From: Monocercomonoides exilis PA203
Taxonomy: Eukaryota; Protista; Preaxostyla
Length of the DNA stretch: 64,000 nt
Direction of reading: 5' to 3'
Assembly: GCA_001643675.2 (NCBI GenBank)
Contig: LSRY02000040.1
Span: forward strand, 914,992 to 978,991
Under the pieces are notes generated by a model. The model did not search any database. It was not told where the DNA came from and saw nothing but the letters and a program-made list of their open reading frames with translations. This document shows positions 12,882-27,579 of the stretch, piece after piece. Positions within the stretch are counted from its first letter, which is position 1; every line of letters begins with the position of its first letter. A program made the translations under genes and the position numbers.

Positions 12882-15014
12882 CTAAACATTAGCCAGCAAC
12901 CACTTCTCCTCCACTGCATATCTCACTGCCGACGCAAACTCCAGCGCCAAATCCAAACATCCAAACTTCACCACGAAAAACTGCTTCTCATCGCTCCCAA
13001 ACTCCACATAATTCACTCTCACACACAGCTCGTCTCCTTTCACTCCCTCAACAGCACAATGCGTACAACATAACTTCTTCCCTGCTTTTCCTTCTCCTGT
13101 CAATCCCCCTTTCTTTTCATTCTGCTCTTTTCTGCTCTTTTCTCCTCCATTCACTGTGGATGAACCTTTCTCCGATTCAGCTTCTCCTTCTCCTTCTCCT
13201 TCTGCTTCTGCTTCTGCTTCCAAGCATGCCTTTTCATAGGCGACAAGTGAAGAAATGGAGTATGACGCATCGACTGAGGCAAAGAGACGGTCATCGCTGC
13301 TGAGAGCAGACTTCAGAGAGGAAATGGAGTTCAGAAGAGCATTTGATGAGGTAGATGCAGACTTTGATGATGAAAATGAGGAGGTAGAGGAAGAAGAAGA
13401 AGATAATGATGATGAAGCAGAAGCAGAAACAGAAGCAGTGGAATTCGAATGAGGTCCGAATCTTTTCTGAGAGGTGAAGTGTTCGGCAATGCGGAATCTG
13501 GAGACGGTGATGATGTGTCTTGTCCACTCAGCCCCCTTCCCGTCCACCGAGTGGAAGCACATGCACTGGAAGAACGGCCTCTCTCCAAAGGGAAGCGTAA
13601 ACCGCACGGGAATGCCCCTCACCAGCGGCTTCATCCGCATTAGAAGAGGGATCTCGTGTCCAGACACTTCGGCCTCTTCCTCCCTCTCCACACACCAGTT
13701 GTAGATGCTCAGCTCAGCAGAGCTGTCCACATATGCTGGCACAAAAGAAGAGGAAGAGGAAGAGGAAGAGAAGGAGGAAGCAGATGAAGGAGGAGAAGAA
13801 GAAGAATCATTGGTGATGGGAACTCTGCCTGAAATGACAGAAGAAGGCAGATTGCACATGGAACATAAAGGAATAGCAGTGTTTGGAGAGACAGCGTAGC
13901 AGAGAGAAAGAGGAGAAGAAGGAAGAGAAGCCTTCACAGCAGACGAGGCGATGTCCATGAGGGCGTTGCGTATGCGAGTCATGCGATAGACAGAAGCAGT
14001 GGAAAAGCTGAGTAAAGGAGCTGAAGGATCAGCAGTAGAAATGCCGATGATTTGGCAGCTGCATCGGAAGGGGTGGACAAAGTGGAGTTTGGAGATGTGT
14101 CTGTTGTCGATGCAGCAGAGGAGGCGCAGACGAGAGGCAGAAGAAAGATAGAGAGAGGAGAAGGAGAGGGAGAGGGAAGAAGAGGAAGAGGAAGAGGAAA
14201 TGGAAGAAAAAGAAGAAGATGACGATGATGAAGGTGACTGTGATGATAAAGTGGAAAACGGTTGGGAAGATAAGACATTCCAGTTTTTGTTGTGCATGAA
14301 GATGGCTGAGTGCTTTGCGGCTTCAGTCATTTCTGCCTCACCCAATGCAAGTGGATGTGTCTTCAGCTCTTTCTTCCACTCGTTCATCATCTCCACCTCC
14401 AGCTTCGTGGCTGAAGGAGGCAGATATTCCCTTTCCAGGTCGATTCCGTTCTCAAACACCCCAATCATCACCTTCTCCGCTGTGATCTTGTCCTTCATCT
14501 CTTCCGTCATGTTGTTCCGCTTTGCCATTTTGCCTGCTCCCATGTTCCCTTTCTGGCTCAATCCAGACTCTGCCTGCGAAGCCATTGAAGGAATAGGAGA
14601 TGTCTTGTTCGATTCTTCCACCCCTTTCTCTCCGCCTTGTTTCTGCTGCATCTTCAGCTGTTGTCTCTCTCTCCTTGCGCTCCCAGGCATCAGCAGCTTG
14701 ATCTGCCCTTTCTCCTTCGCATTCTTCGGGTAAGTGTCCGCCAGCTGGAAGAAGAGGGTGTGTGTGGTGGTGATGGCACAGAAGCCAAACAGCATCTGCT
14801 TGTTGAGACAGACCACGCCGAAGGAGCTGGCGAGGAGGTGGCTGCGAAGGAGGATGAGGGAAATGGGAGAGAGTGAAGAGGAAGGAGAAGGAGAAGGAGA
14901 AGAAGAAGAAGAAGAAGAAGAAAGGGAAGCCTGAGAATGTTCATTTGGCAAAGGAGTAGGAGGAAGAGGGATTGGTGGTGGTGATAATGGAGAAAGAGAA
15001 TGAGAAGAAGAATG

Positions 15015-15050
<36 letters not shown>

Positions 15051-18000
15051 CAAAGAAGAGTTAATCCTATCCATATTTTCACTCTTCTTTGCTTCTATCA
15101 GTTCCATCTGTGTATCTTCCATGCAATTCTTCTTTTCTCCTCCTTCCTCTTTCTCCCTCGCCAGCACACAAATAATCTCCCTCTCAGCCAATGCGTATGC
15201 CAAAGTGTCTGTGATTGACTTGTCTAATCTGACTGATGCTAAATCATCAGCCAAGCAGAGGTAGCCCAACACTGCTTTCTTCATGTGAGGAACGATGCTA
15301 AGCCATTCAGACACAAAATGGAGTATTTTGTGTGCTGCTCCTTCGCTTCCACGCTGGCAGCTCTCTTTGGCTGCATCTCGCATAGACTGCATGTACTCTC
15401 GCGGGCGGGCTTTGCGGCGGATGTCTCGAAGAGAGAGAGAAGAAAGAGGAGAAGAAGAAGAATTTGAAGAGGAAGAGGAAGAAGAGAGAGAAGAAGAATT
15501 CATATTTGAGTGAGTTTGTTTGGAAGATTGAGGTGCAGTTGGTGTTGGTTGAGTGGATTGAGAAGGGAAAGCAAGGGAATTGCTGAGAGAAGAAGGAGGA
15601 GAAGGAGATGGAGGAGATGGAGAAGAGGAAGAAGAAGAGGAAGAGGAGGAAGAAGAAGAATGATTAGCATTCACCTTCTTTGATGAAGATATAATTAGAG
15701 GAAGAGGTTTTGCTTTGTTGTTGATGGAAAAGGGAGAGAAGAGAGAGGAATTGAAAGAGGAATTCAGATGAATATATTTCCATTGGAGGAGATGGAGGAA
15801 CATCTGAATGAGAGGCAGAGGAAAGAGATGGAGAACAACAGAACGAAGAAGAAGATTGTGCTGATGAGAAGGAGAAATAGAAGAAGAGGAAGAGGAAGAA
15901 GAAGAAGAAGAAGAAGAATTTGATGATGAAGGAGAGGAAGAAAAATTAAATGAAGAAGAATTAAATGAAGATGAAGATGAGGATGAACTCATTAAGAGGT
16001 TGTGGAGAGGAAGAAGAGGAATATTTCTCAATAAGAGAAGGATGTTGAGTGAGCAATCAACAACAGATTCGATGATGGCATTGCAACACTCATAAGGAAG
16101 ATCAAAGAAGGATTTATTGAATGAAGGAGAACAAGATGGAGAAGAAGATGGAGAAACAGAAGAAGAAGAAGATGGAGAAATAGAAGAAGAAGAAGAGGAG
16201 GAGCAGGAGGAAAGAGAAGGAGAAGGAGAATAAAATGAAGAAGATGAATGAGTGTTGATGTGTTTGTAGAGTGCCCAAGGTGAATGAGGCAGACGAGAAA
16301 GAAGAAGAATTGGAAAGGGAAGGAAATTAAGAGAAGAAGAAGAAGAAGAAGAAGATGATGATGATGATGATGATGAGAAAGAAGAAAGAGATGAAGAAGG
16401 AGAATTAATTGAAGGAGGAGGGGTGGGAGGAGGAGGAGGAGGTGGTGGTGGTGGTGAAGAAGAAGGTATTTGTTGTTCTGTAATTTCAATTGATTGATCT
16501 GAAGAAGAAGAAGAAAGAGAAGAAGGAGGTGAAAGAGTGTATTTTGTATTGTCAGTCTGTTTGGAATAGGTAATATACACAAATGTGTCATTGGCTGTGT
16601 CTGTTTGAATGGAAGAAGAAGAAGAAGAAGAAGAATTAGAAGAAGATGATGATGACGATGAATTCTTTTCTTCAAATAAACTTGAAATTTTTCTGACTTT
16701 TCTGTTTTCTTGTGCCAATCCCACAATCAACTCTGCATAGAAAGGGCACAAAAGCTGATGAGTTATGCAAATAAGTTGAATGTTTGATGCAATCCCATTA
16801 AAAACTTTAGAAAATTTGGTGGAAAGCGGAATATTAGTTCCTAATTTGGCATCGTCGAACATCAAATCTGAGTCAGAAATTTTATTTTCTTCCAAAATTT
16901 GAAGTTCGAAAGGAGAAAGACGGAGAAGAGGAGAGAGGAGGAAGAGAGAACGTAGAGAGAGAACTCTTTGTGTGTGGGAGAGGAAGAGGAAAGGGGAAGA
17001 AGAATTTGATGAGGAAGAATTAGAATTAAATGAAGAAGAAGAAGAGGAGGAGGAGGAAGAAGAAGAAGAAGAAGAAGAAGTATAACTCTTTCTCTTTTTA
17101 TTAGCTTTTACAGCGTTCAGAAGAGAAGAGAAGAAGAAAGGCGAGCGAAGGAAATTTCTGTATTCTCTTTTTGAGTCATGAGAAAGAGTCCAAAGATGAT
17201 AGGAAAGAATACGAAGGAGCAATTCGATGCAGAAAGAAGGAGAAAAAGAAGAGGAAGAGGAAGAAGAAAGAGAAAGAGAAGAAGAAAGAGAAAGAGAAGA
17301 AGAAGAAGATGATGATGATGTTTGAGGCATAAATGAATAAAATGGTGAAGAAGGGGAGGAAATATTGATGTTTCTATTTATTTCTTCTTCTTCTTCATTT
17401 TCTTCTTCTTCTTCTTCATTATTCAATGCATTTTTCATCATATTTGCTATTCTTTCTTCGAATTGCTCATCTGAATGAGAAAACACAAAAAATGTTCCTT
17501 TTTCTTCTCTTTCTTCTTCTCTTTCTTCTTCTCTTTCTTCTTCTCTTTCTTCTTCTCTTTCTTCTTCTTTCTTTCTTTCTTTCTCTTCTTCTTCATTGAA
17601 ATTCAATTGATTTGATGAATTGTTCAACATATTTGGAGAAAGAAGAGAGAAAAGAGAAGAAAGAGAAGAAGAAGAAGAAGAAGAATTAATGTTATCATTT
17701 GCATTCACATTTTCTTCCCTTCTTTTTCCTCCTCTTTTTTCTCTTCTAATTCCTCTTCCATTCAACACACATGCTGTAATTTCTTTTAATTCTTCTTCTC
17801 TTCTTCTCTTTGATTCTCTTCTTATCTCTTCTACATTCATTTTCTTCTCTTTCTTTTCTTCTTTCTTTTTTCTTTCTCCTCTTTCTTCTCCTTCTTTTCC
17901 TTCTTCTTTCTCTATTTTTCTGTTATTTTTGAATGAATTTGCATGTTTTTCAGCAGAAGTCAAAAAGAACAAGTTGAAAGTGATCAGAAGAAGTTCACAC

Positions 18001-21000
18001 GAAATAACACTCAAACAATCAGAAGAGGAAGAGGAAGATGGAGAAAGAGATGAAGAAGAAGAAGAGGAGGAGGAGGAGGAAGAAAGAGAAGGAGGTGGAG
18101 GAGAAGGAGATGATGATATTGATGATGAAGATGAAGGAGAAGGAGGAGGAGGAATTGGAAGAGGAGGAAGAGGAGGAGGAGCAGAAGAAGAAGAAGAAGA
18201 AGAAGGATTTATTTGAGAGAGAGAAAGAGAAGGAGGAGGAGGAAGAGGATGATTAGATGAAGAAGAAGAGGAAGAAGAAAGAGAAGAAGAGGAGGAGGAA
18301 GAGGAAGAAGAAGATAAAGAAAGAGAAGAAGGAGGCAGAGGAGTAGCAGGAAGAGGAGTGGTAATGTTAGAAGCCATCACAAGAGACAATTCAAACATCG
18401 AAGAAGAAGAAGAAGACATTGAAGATGAAAAAGAAGAGGAAGAGAAACGGAATGAAGATGTTGATTTCATTGAATTTCCTTCTTTTGTATCTTCTTCTCC
18501 TCCTTCTTTGTCCTCCTTATCATAACGATTGTTTATTGAATCTGTTGTCTTTGATACATTCTTCTCTTCCAATTGAGAAGAAGAAGAGGAAGAAGAGGAA
18601 GAGGAAGAAGAGGAAGAGGAAGAAGAAGAGGAAGGAGGAGGAGGAGGAGGAGAAGGCATTTGTGTGGTAAATGAACGTTTTTGCCTTGTTGATAAGGAAG
18701 AAGAAGAAGAAGAAGAAGAAGAAGAAGAATTATTTTGTTGTTGAAGTGAAGTTGAGAAGAGAGCGAGAGAAAGAGAAGGTTGTGGAGCTTTTGGAACATT
18801 TAATTGAGAAGAAGAAGAAGAAGAAGAAGAAGAAATTTCTTTCTTTCTTTCTTTCTCTTTCTTCTTCTCCTTCTTTTCATCCTCTTCTCCTTCTCCTTCT
18901 TCTTTCTCTTCTTTCTCTTCATCTTCTTTCTCTTCATCATTACCTTCATCGATAAATTCATCATCTGACAGAAACATAACTTTCTCTTCTAATTCCTTCC
19001 TCTTCTTCTCCTTCGCCTTCTCCATCTCAATTTCTCTCTCTGCTTCTTTCTTCAAATCAGGCAAATCACTCAAAAATGGTGATATCCAATTGATAAATGG
19101 AACATTGTTTTCTTCTTCTTCATTTTCTTCATCTTTTTCTTCATCTTCTTTGTTTTCTATTCTTTCTTCTTTTCTAACTTTATCTTGATCTTCTCCTTTT
19201 TCATCTTTCTCACAAGAAGAAGAAGAATATTCAGAATCGCACAAACATTTCCTTCCTCTTCCTCTCTTCCATCGCAATGCCAACGGATTCAATTCACAAA
19301 AACCGCTTTTGACTCCACTTTGTTTCAGAAACAGAGCAAAGAAAAAGAGAGAAAGAGGAGAAGAAGCGAAAAGAGGGGGAAGATTAAGCAAAGAAGCAAA
19401 GACAACAAATGGATGGTTGAGGACAAGAGGAAGAAGTTCTACTCTAAACATGCTTTTTCCTCTTCCTCCTCTTCCTCCTCTTCTTCCTCCATCTCCTCCT
19501 CCATTCATCCTCTCATTCAGCAGAGCTTGCACAAAGAGATGGGACGAGAGAGGGAGAAAGAGAGAAGAAGCCTCCATCCACAGAGAAGAAGGCATGGCTG
19601 TTATTTGAGTGTGCATCTGCCTCATAATCTTTCGGGCTGTTGATTGGAATTGCTCTTCTTTTGAGAGCAGAGAACGGAAGAAGTTGAAGACAGCTCCCCA
19701 AAGAAGAGGATTCTGCTGAAGGGGGAGAGGGAAGAGAGGAGATGAGGCAAGGGGAATGAGGGAAGGATGAGGGGAGGAGGGGGAAGAAGAGGGGGGAGAA
19801 GAAGAGGAGGAGGAGGATAATGAGGAAGGAGTTGTAAGGAAAGGATTATGATCAAATACAATTTGATTGAGCATTTGATCAGCAAATGAATTATTAAGAA
19901 GATCTCTTAACATTTTATTCTTCTCTTTTTCTTCCTCTTTTCCTTCTCTTTCTCCTCCTTCTTTCCCTTCCTTTCTCCTCCTCTTCATTCCGTTCTTGTA
20001 TTCCATGATGATATCTGCTATTGTAATTGGCTTAACTCTTTCCTTCCTCATGCTCATCCTCTGCTTAATCTCATCCAAATATGCTTCTTTTCCCTTTGCC
20101 ATCTCACCAAACAAATCTTCTTCTTCAAACCCTCCTTCTTCTCCTCTTTCTCCTCTTTCTCCTCTTTCTCCTCTTTCTCCTCTTTCTCCTCTTCCTTCTC
20201 CTTCTCCTTCTTTCTCCTCATCCATCTTGATATCCAAGAAATAATCTCTGTTTCCTTCTCTTCGTGTGTTTATCTCCAAAACAGACAGAACAAGAGGAAT
20301 AGCTTGTTTGAAGAAGGAGAGAGAAAGATGATGGCATTTCAGCTCCTTTTCAGCTGTGGTTGAGGAAGAGAGAGAAGAAGAAGGGGAAGAAGAGGAAGAA
20401 AGAGAAGAAGAATTATTAGTATTATTATTATTTGTATAATTAATGATATTTTGAGCAATGTGTTTGTTGAGGTGATGAGAAGAGGATGAATAGAGCAAGA
20501 TGTCTGCATTCTGAATGGTGCGTGTGAGGGCAGAGAGACACACAACAAGAACAGGATCAGACAAGAGAGAGAAATAAAGGAGAGAAGAAGAGGAAGAGGA
20601 GGAGAAGACGGAGAAAGAGGAAGAATGAGAAGAAGAATGAGAAGAAGAAGAAAGAGAAGAAGAAATATCATTTGAGATTTTATTGTTTTCATTGTGAATA
20701 TTCACAAATGCATCATCGTTTTCCTCAACAGAAGGAGATTTGAATGAAGAAAGCAAAGAGAGAGAAGAGGAAAGGGAAGAGAAGATGAATTGCTGATTGT
20801 TTGGGAAAGAGCATAAGGAAGGGAAGGTGAGGAGGAGTTGATGCACTTTGGATTGCAGAGGGTGGAGGAAGAAGATGGGAGAGACAGAATAAGAGGAGGA
20901 GGAGGAGGAGGAGGAGGAGGAGGAGGAAGAAGAAGAAGAAGAAGAAGAAGAAGAAGAAGAATTTAATCTTTCATTTTCTTCATTCTTTATTTCTTCTTCT

Positions 21001-24000
21001 TCTTCTTCTTCTTCTTCTTCTTCTTCATTATTTGAGTTATTGTTTCTAACAACAGGCATAAGAAGATGGAAGACAAAGCAAGAGCATCTGTTTAAGATGA
21101 TTGTGTGTTTGTCTATTTGAAGATGAGACACAAAGAGAAGATTTTGAATGAGGCGGAGGAGAGAAGAGGAGAAGAAGAGGATGAAGAGAGATGGGGAAGA
21201 GGAGGAGGTGGAGAGAGAAAAAGGACTGAAGGGAGAACAAGATGATGAAGAAGATGATGAAGGAGAAGGAGAAGGAGAATGAGAATGAGAAAGAGAAGAA
21301 GAAATTGATTTATTTTTCATCCTTTTATTTCCTCCTTTCTCTTCCTTTGCTCTTGTTACAATCTCCCCGAATTCAAACAAACCTTCACAGAAGTTTGTGT
21401 CAAACAAGAAGATTTCCAATCCATTTTTAAAAGCAGACGTTCTTTCAGAGAAAGAGAGGAAGAGGATGAGGGAACAACAACAGACTGAAAGCAAGAGGAG
21501 AGTGTTGTTGAGGGAAGAAGAGCATTCAGAGAGATAGAGAGAGGAGAAAGAAGAGAAAGAGGAGAGAGAAGAAAGAGGGGAAAGAGAAGAAGAGAATGAA
21601 GGAGAAGAGAGAGAAGAAGAAGAAGTTTCATTAATGTGATTATTATTGTTGTTTTTTGATGAGATATCATCATTTAGAGTGATATTTGAGAATTTATTGT
21701 ATTCTTCATTGAAGACATGATTATGATTGCACAAGATAACTCTTTCTATCAGCTCCTTCTCTTTCATCATCCTTTCATTCTCTTCTTCTTTTTCTTTTTC
21801 TTTTTCTTTTTCTTCTTCTTTCTTTTCATCACTTCCCTTCTTCTTTTCCTTCTTCATTGAATTGAAATGTTCTTCCATCATCTCTTCCATCTCTTCTCTT
21901 CTTGTCTGATACGAATACCTCTTCACTACAAGTTTAGCTTCATCATTCCTCCTCTTTCTTTCTCTTTCTCTTTTTCCTTCTTCTCTTTTATTTCCTTCTT
22001 CTTCTTCTTTTTCTTCCTTTCCTCTCCCCAATCTCTTCACAATCCTTGTAATTGCCTTTATTCCCTGATTATCCACACAGCATGCATTGAACAGAGCAGA
22101 AATGGCCGAAGAAGAAGGAGTGGTGAAGGAGATGTTGAGTGTGGAAGAGAGGAGAAGGCAGAGGAGAGAGAAAGAAGAGGAGAGGAGAGGAGAGAGAAGA
22201 GGGGAGAGTGCGAAGAAGGGAAGAGAAGAAGAAGAAGAGGAAGAAGATGATGATGATGATGAATTATTTTGTGATATTTGATTGTTATTTACTTCTTTCT
22301 CCTTCTCTTTCTCTTTCCTTTCTTCTTCTTCTTCTTCTTCTTCTTCAGCATTTGTGGCGATGTTGATGAAAGAGAGGAGAGAAGAATAAACTTTGCTGTT
22401 GATACATTCAGTTGTGAAACAGGATGATTTCATACTCAATGAAGATGAAAGGGAAGGAGAAGGAGAAGGAGAAGAAAGAGAAGAAGAAGAAGATAAAGAA
22501 GAAGAGGAGGAGGAGGAAGAAGAAGAGGAGGAAGAAGAAGAAGAAGAATTAGAATGTTTATTAGATGGATGGGATATAAGTAATAAAGCCAAAGTGAATA
22601 AATGTCCAAATGAAATGAACATTCTGCTGATGTTTTCTATTTCAATTTCAGATGAATCTATTTGGTTGGTTGATGTATTGTCATTTGATGAGGAAGAAAG
22701 AGAAGAAGATGAAAGAGGAAAGGAAGAGGAAGAAGAATTTGAAGAAGAAGAAGAAGAAGATGATGATGATGATATATTTGTTTGTTTCTTCCATAAAGAT
22801 TTCCAATGTTTCAGAATATTTGAAGTTATTTCACTGGATTTATCAATAAGACATATGAGAAGATGAAGAAATGAAGAAGAAGAAGAGGAAGAAGTAGAAG
22901 AATAAATTGAAGAAGGAATTTTTGAATCGCAAAGAAGAAGAAGAAAATCCGGAGAAGAACATAAATGTGTGAGTAAAGCAAGAGAATTAAGAAGTTCATG
23001 AGAAATTTGTGGAAGAGAAGAAGAAGAAAATGAAGAAGAAGAAGAAGAAGAAGATAAAATAGAAGAAGAGAGAGACAAGAAATGAGGGAGAAGAAGAGAA
23101 AGGAGAGAAGAGAGAGAAGGAAGAAGAGAAGGAGGAGGATGGAAGATGAGAAGCAAGGAAAGACAAATTGGTTTGTATTTGATGGAATCAGAAGAAGAAG
23201 AAGATGATGATGATGATGATGATAAAGTGTGATTATTCTCAATAGAATTCTTTGATTTATCACTTTCATTGGAAAGAGATGAAAGTGAATAAATCTTCAT
23301 CAAATGGCAAAGCAACGGCAGAAAATGAAACTTCGGAGAAATTGGAAGAATACCCTCAACCACAATATTTTCCAAATCCTTCTTTTTCAATTCTATTTCT
23401 CCGGACTTTTTTGCTGGCAGCCCGAAAATTCCGCTTTTTGCTTTGTTTTCTCTTTTTCCTGCTTCTTCTCTTTCTCTTCTGATTTCTTCTGTCTCTTCAT
23501 TCAACAAACAATTCATTAAATTAGTTTGTTCTCTTTCTCTTTCTCTTTCTCTTTCTTTGTCTTTATCTTTATCTTCATTTGAAGAAGAAGAAGAAGAAGA
23601 AGAAGAAGAAAGAGAAGAAGAAGAATTTGAAGAAGAAAGAGGAAGAATGTTATTTCTGGCAGAAGCGACAGAAAGAGCACGAGACATTCTTCTGTTTCTG
23701 AGGCCAGGGGGAAGATGAGAGAGAGAAGAGGCAAAAGAAGAGAGAGGAGAAAGAGGAGAAGATGATGATGAAAGAGAAGAAGAGGAAGAGGAAGAAGAAG
23801 AAGATAATGATGAAGAAGATGGAATTAAATATGAATAAGCAGAGAAGGAAGAAGAAATAGAAATGACAGAAGGAAGAGAAGAAGAAGAAGAAGAAGAAGA
23901 AGAAGAGCAATTAGAGATGAAAAGAGAAGCAACATTTAACATTTGTTTCCAATCATCTTCATTGAATGGAAGAGGAATAGCATCTTTGTTCTCAAATGAA

Positions 24001-27000
24001 GAAGAAGAGGAAGAAGAAGAAGAAGAAAGAGAAGAAGAGGAAGAGGAGGAAGAGGAAGAAGAGGAGGAGGAAGAAGAAGGATATGATAAGCCAAGCAATC
24101 TTCTTCTTTCTTTGCCTGCACGTGGATACACACAAACATCTCTATTTATTTCTCTTTCTCCTCTTTCTCTTTCTTCTTCTTCTCTTTCTTTTCTTCTTTT
24201 ATTATTATTATTATTATTTATTCTTCTTCTTCTTCTTCTCCATTTGTTTATTTCTCTCTCGTATTCTTCCTCTTCCTCTTCTTCTTCTTCTGTTATGTTT
24301 CCATTCTCTTTCTTTTGAATAAGAGAAGACAAAATGTTATCAGAGAAAGAAGAAGAAATCGCACGAAGGAGAGAGAAAGAGAGGAAAGAGGAAGAAGAAG
24401 AGAGAGAAGAGAGAGGAGAAAAGGGAGAGAAAGAAGAAGAAGAAGAAGAAGAAAGAGAAAGGGGAGAAGAAGAAGAAGAAGAAAAGATGAAGATATCAGA
24501 AGAATTGAATGAGATGGCAGAAGAAGAAGAGAAAAGAGGATGAGAAGAAATGGTTGAAGCAAAACGATATCCAAATGAAGAGGAAGAGGAGAAGAGAGAA
24601 GAAGAAGAAAGAGAAGAGGAAGAGGAAGAAGAAGAAGAAGAAGAAAGAAATGAATTTTCATCGATTAAGCAGAGAAGGGCAATGATAAGAAGAGGGAGAG
24701 AAGAAGGAGAAGAAGACAAAGAATAAAATGGATGAAGATTGGAAGAGAGAGAAGAGAGAGAAGAAATAAAGGAAGATAAATTAGAAGAAGAAGAAGAGGA
24801 GGAGGAGGAGGAGGAAGAAGAAGAAGAAGAAGAAGAAGAAGAAGATAATTTCTGATGAGAGAGTAGAGAATAAGAGAGGATGAAAGGGAAGAGATGGCAG
24901 AGAAGAAGAAGAGAAGAAGCAACCATTTGGATGTCTTTGTCTGTTGAAGAAGAAAGGCTGAATCCTTTGAGAGAGAGAGGAGAAGAAGAAGAAGGAGAAG
25001 AAGAAGAAGAAGAAGGAGAAGAAGGAAAAGAAGGAGAAGGAGAAGGAGAAGAAAGAGGAAGGAGAGGAAGGAGATGTTTGAGGAGGAGAGAGAGAATGAC
25101 AGACACACGAACACATCTCTCTTCATCACACAAATCAATCTTTTTGAATGAAAAGAGAGGAGGAGAAGAAGAAGAAGAATTTGAAGAGGAAGAAAGATGA
25201 GAAGAGGAAGAAGAAGATGAAGAAGATGATGATGATGATGAAGGAGAGGGAGAAGAAAGAAGAGAAGAAGAAGAAGAAGAAGAAATAGAAACTTTTGATT
25301 CATCAGCATTATCATCATTAAATGTATTGTTTTCTTCGTTTTTCATATTTTCCTCTTTCATTTCCGTGTTTGGCACTTCCAAATTAAGCATCTGACAGCA
25401 TTCTTTGATGAAGAAGAAGTCAATAATTCCTTCTTCTTCTCTCTCTTTCAACAAATTCTTCATTCTTCTGATTTCTTCTTCTTCTTCTTCTTTCTTCTCT
25501 TTCTCTTTCTCTTTCTCTTTCTCTCCTACTTTTTCTTTCATCTTTTTCTCCTTTTCTTTCTCCTTTTCTTTCTCCTTTTCTTCTTCCATTTTACTCTTCT
25601 TCCTCTCTTCTTCTTCTGCTTTTGCTTTTGCTTCTAACATCTTTCTCTCTTTCTCTTCTCTTTCTCTTTCTCTTTCTCTTTCTCTTTCTTCTTCCAATTC
25701 TCTTCTTCTTCTCTCTTCTTCTTCTCTCTTCTTTCTCCTCTCCTCTTCTTCTTTCTTCCTTCTTTCTTCTTCTTCTTTCTCTTCTCTTTCTCTTCTTCTG
25801 TTCTCTTCTATTTGTCTTTCTAACTCTTTCTGTAATTTTTCCTCTTCTTTCTTCCTTTCTTCTTCTCTTTTCTTTCTTTCCTCTTCTTCCTTTCTCCTTC
25901 TCTCCTCTTCCTCTTTCCTTCTCCTCTCCTCCTCTTCTCTCATCTTTCTTTCTTCTTCCTCTTTCTTCTTCTTCTCTTCTTCTCTTCTCTTCCTTTCTTC
26001 CTCCATCTTCTTCTTCTCTTCTTCCTCTTTCTTCTTCCTCTCTTCTTCTCTCTTCTTCCTCTCTTCTTCCATCTTTCTCATTTCTTCTTCTGCTTTCCTC
26101 TTCATCTCAATGCTTGCTGCTAATTTTGCTTGCTCTTCTAATTCTCTTCTTCTCTTCTCTTCTTCTTCTCTCTTCTTCTTCTCTTCTTCTTCCCTTTTTA
26201 TTCTCTCTTCTTCTCTTCTTCTTTCCTCTTCTTTCCTTCTTTTTCCCTCTTCCTCTTCTTTCTTCTTTCTTTCTTCTTCCAACCTCTTTCTCTCTTCTTC
26301 TTTCCTTTTTTCTTCTTCTCTTCTCTTCTCCTCTTCCTCTCTCTTCTTTCTCTCTTCTTCCATTCTCTTTCTCTTTTGTTCTTCTAATTGCCTTTTAAGT
26401 TCTTCTTCTTCTTTTCTTCTTCTCTCTTTCTCTTCCTCCCTCTTCTTCCTTTCTTCTTCTTCTCTTTTTCTTCTTTCTTCTTCCTCTTTCTTCCTCTTTT
26501 CCTCTTCCTCTTTTCTTAATCTTTCCTCTTCTTCTCTCTTCTTCTTTTCTTCTTCTTCTCTTCTCTTTCTTTCCTCTTCTTCCCTTTTTCTTCTCTCTTC
26601 TTCTTTTCGTTTTCTCTCTTCTTCTTCTTCTTCTCTTCTCTTCCTTTCCTCTTCTTCTTTTCTCCTTCTTTCTTCCTCTTCTCTCTTTTTTCTTTCTTCC
26701 TCTTCCTTTCTCTTCTTCTCTTCTTCTTCTCTTTTCTTTCTTTCCTCTTCCTCTCTTCTCTTCCTTTCTTCCTCTTCTCTCTTTTTTATTTCTTCCTCTT
26801 CTTCTTTCCTTTTCCTTTCCTCTTCTTCTCTCTTCTTTCTTTCCTCTTCCATCTTTCTCATTTCTTCTTCTGCTTTCCTTTTCATCTCAAGATCTGTTGC
26901 CATTTTCGCTTGTTCTTCTAATTCTCTTCTTCTCTTCTCTTCTTCTTCTCTTCTTAATCTTTCTTCCTCTTCCCTTTTCTTTCTTTCTTCCTCTTCCTTT

Positions 27001-27543
27001 CTCCTTCTCTCCTCTTCCTCTTTCCTTCTTCTCTCCTCCTCTTCCTTTCTCATTCTTTCTTCTTCCTCTTTCTTCCTCTTCTCTTCCTCTTCTCGTTTCG
27101 CTCTCTCTTCCTCTTCTTTCTTCTTCCTTTCCTCCTCCTCCTTTCTTAATCTATCTTTTTCTTCTTCTTCTTTTCGCTTTCTTTCCTCTTCTTCTCTTTC
27201 AATTCGTTCTTCTTCCTCCTTCTTCTTCCTCTCCTCCTCGGCTTTTCTTTCTGCTTTTTCAATTTTCTCCTTCTCCTTCTCCTTCTCTTCTTCTTCCTTC
27301 TTCTTTTTATCTTCTTCTTTCTCTTTTTCTTTTTCTTTTTCTTCCTTCTCTTTCTCCTTCTCTTTCTCCTTCTCCTTCTCCTTCTCCTCAGATACTGTTG
27401 ATGCTGTTGTAACAAGCCCAGAAAATGCACTCGGAGTGTTCAAACTGACTGTTGCTTTGACAGTCGTGAAGACAGAACTCTCTCTTCCACTCTGCATTTC
27501 ACTTGATAATGAAGAAGAAGAAGAAGAAGAAGAAGAAGAAGAA

Positions 27544-27579
<36 letters not shown>

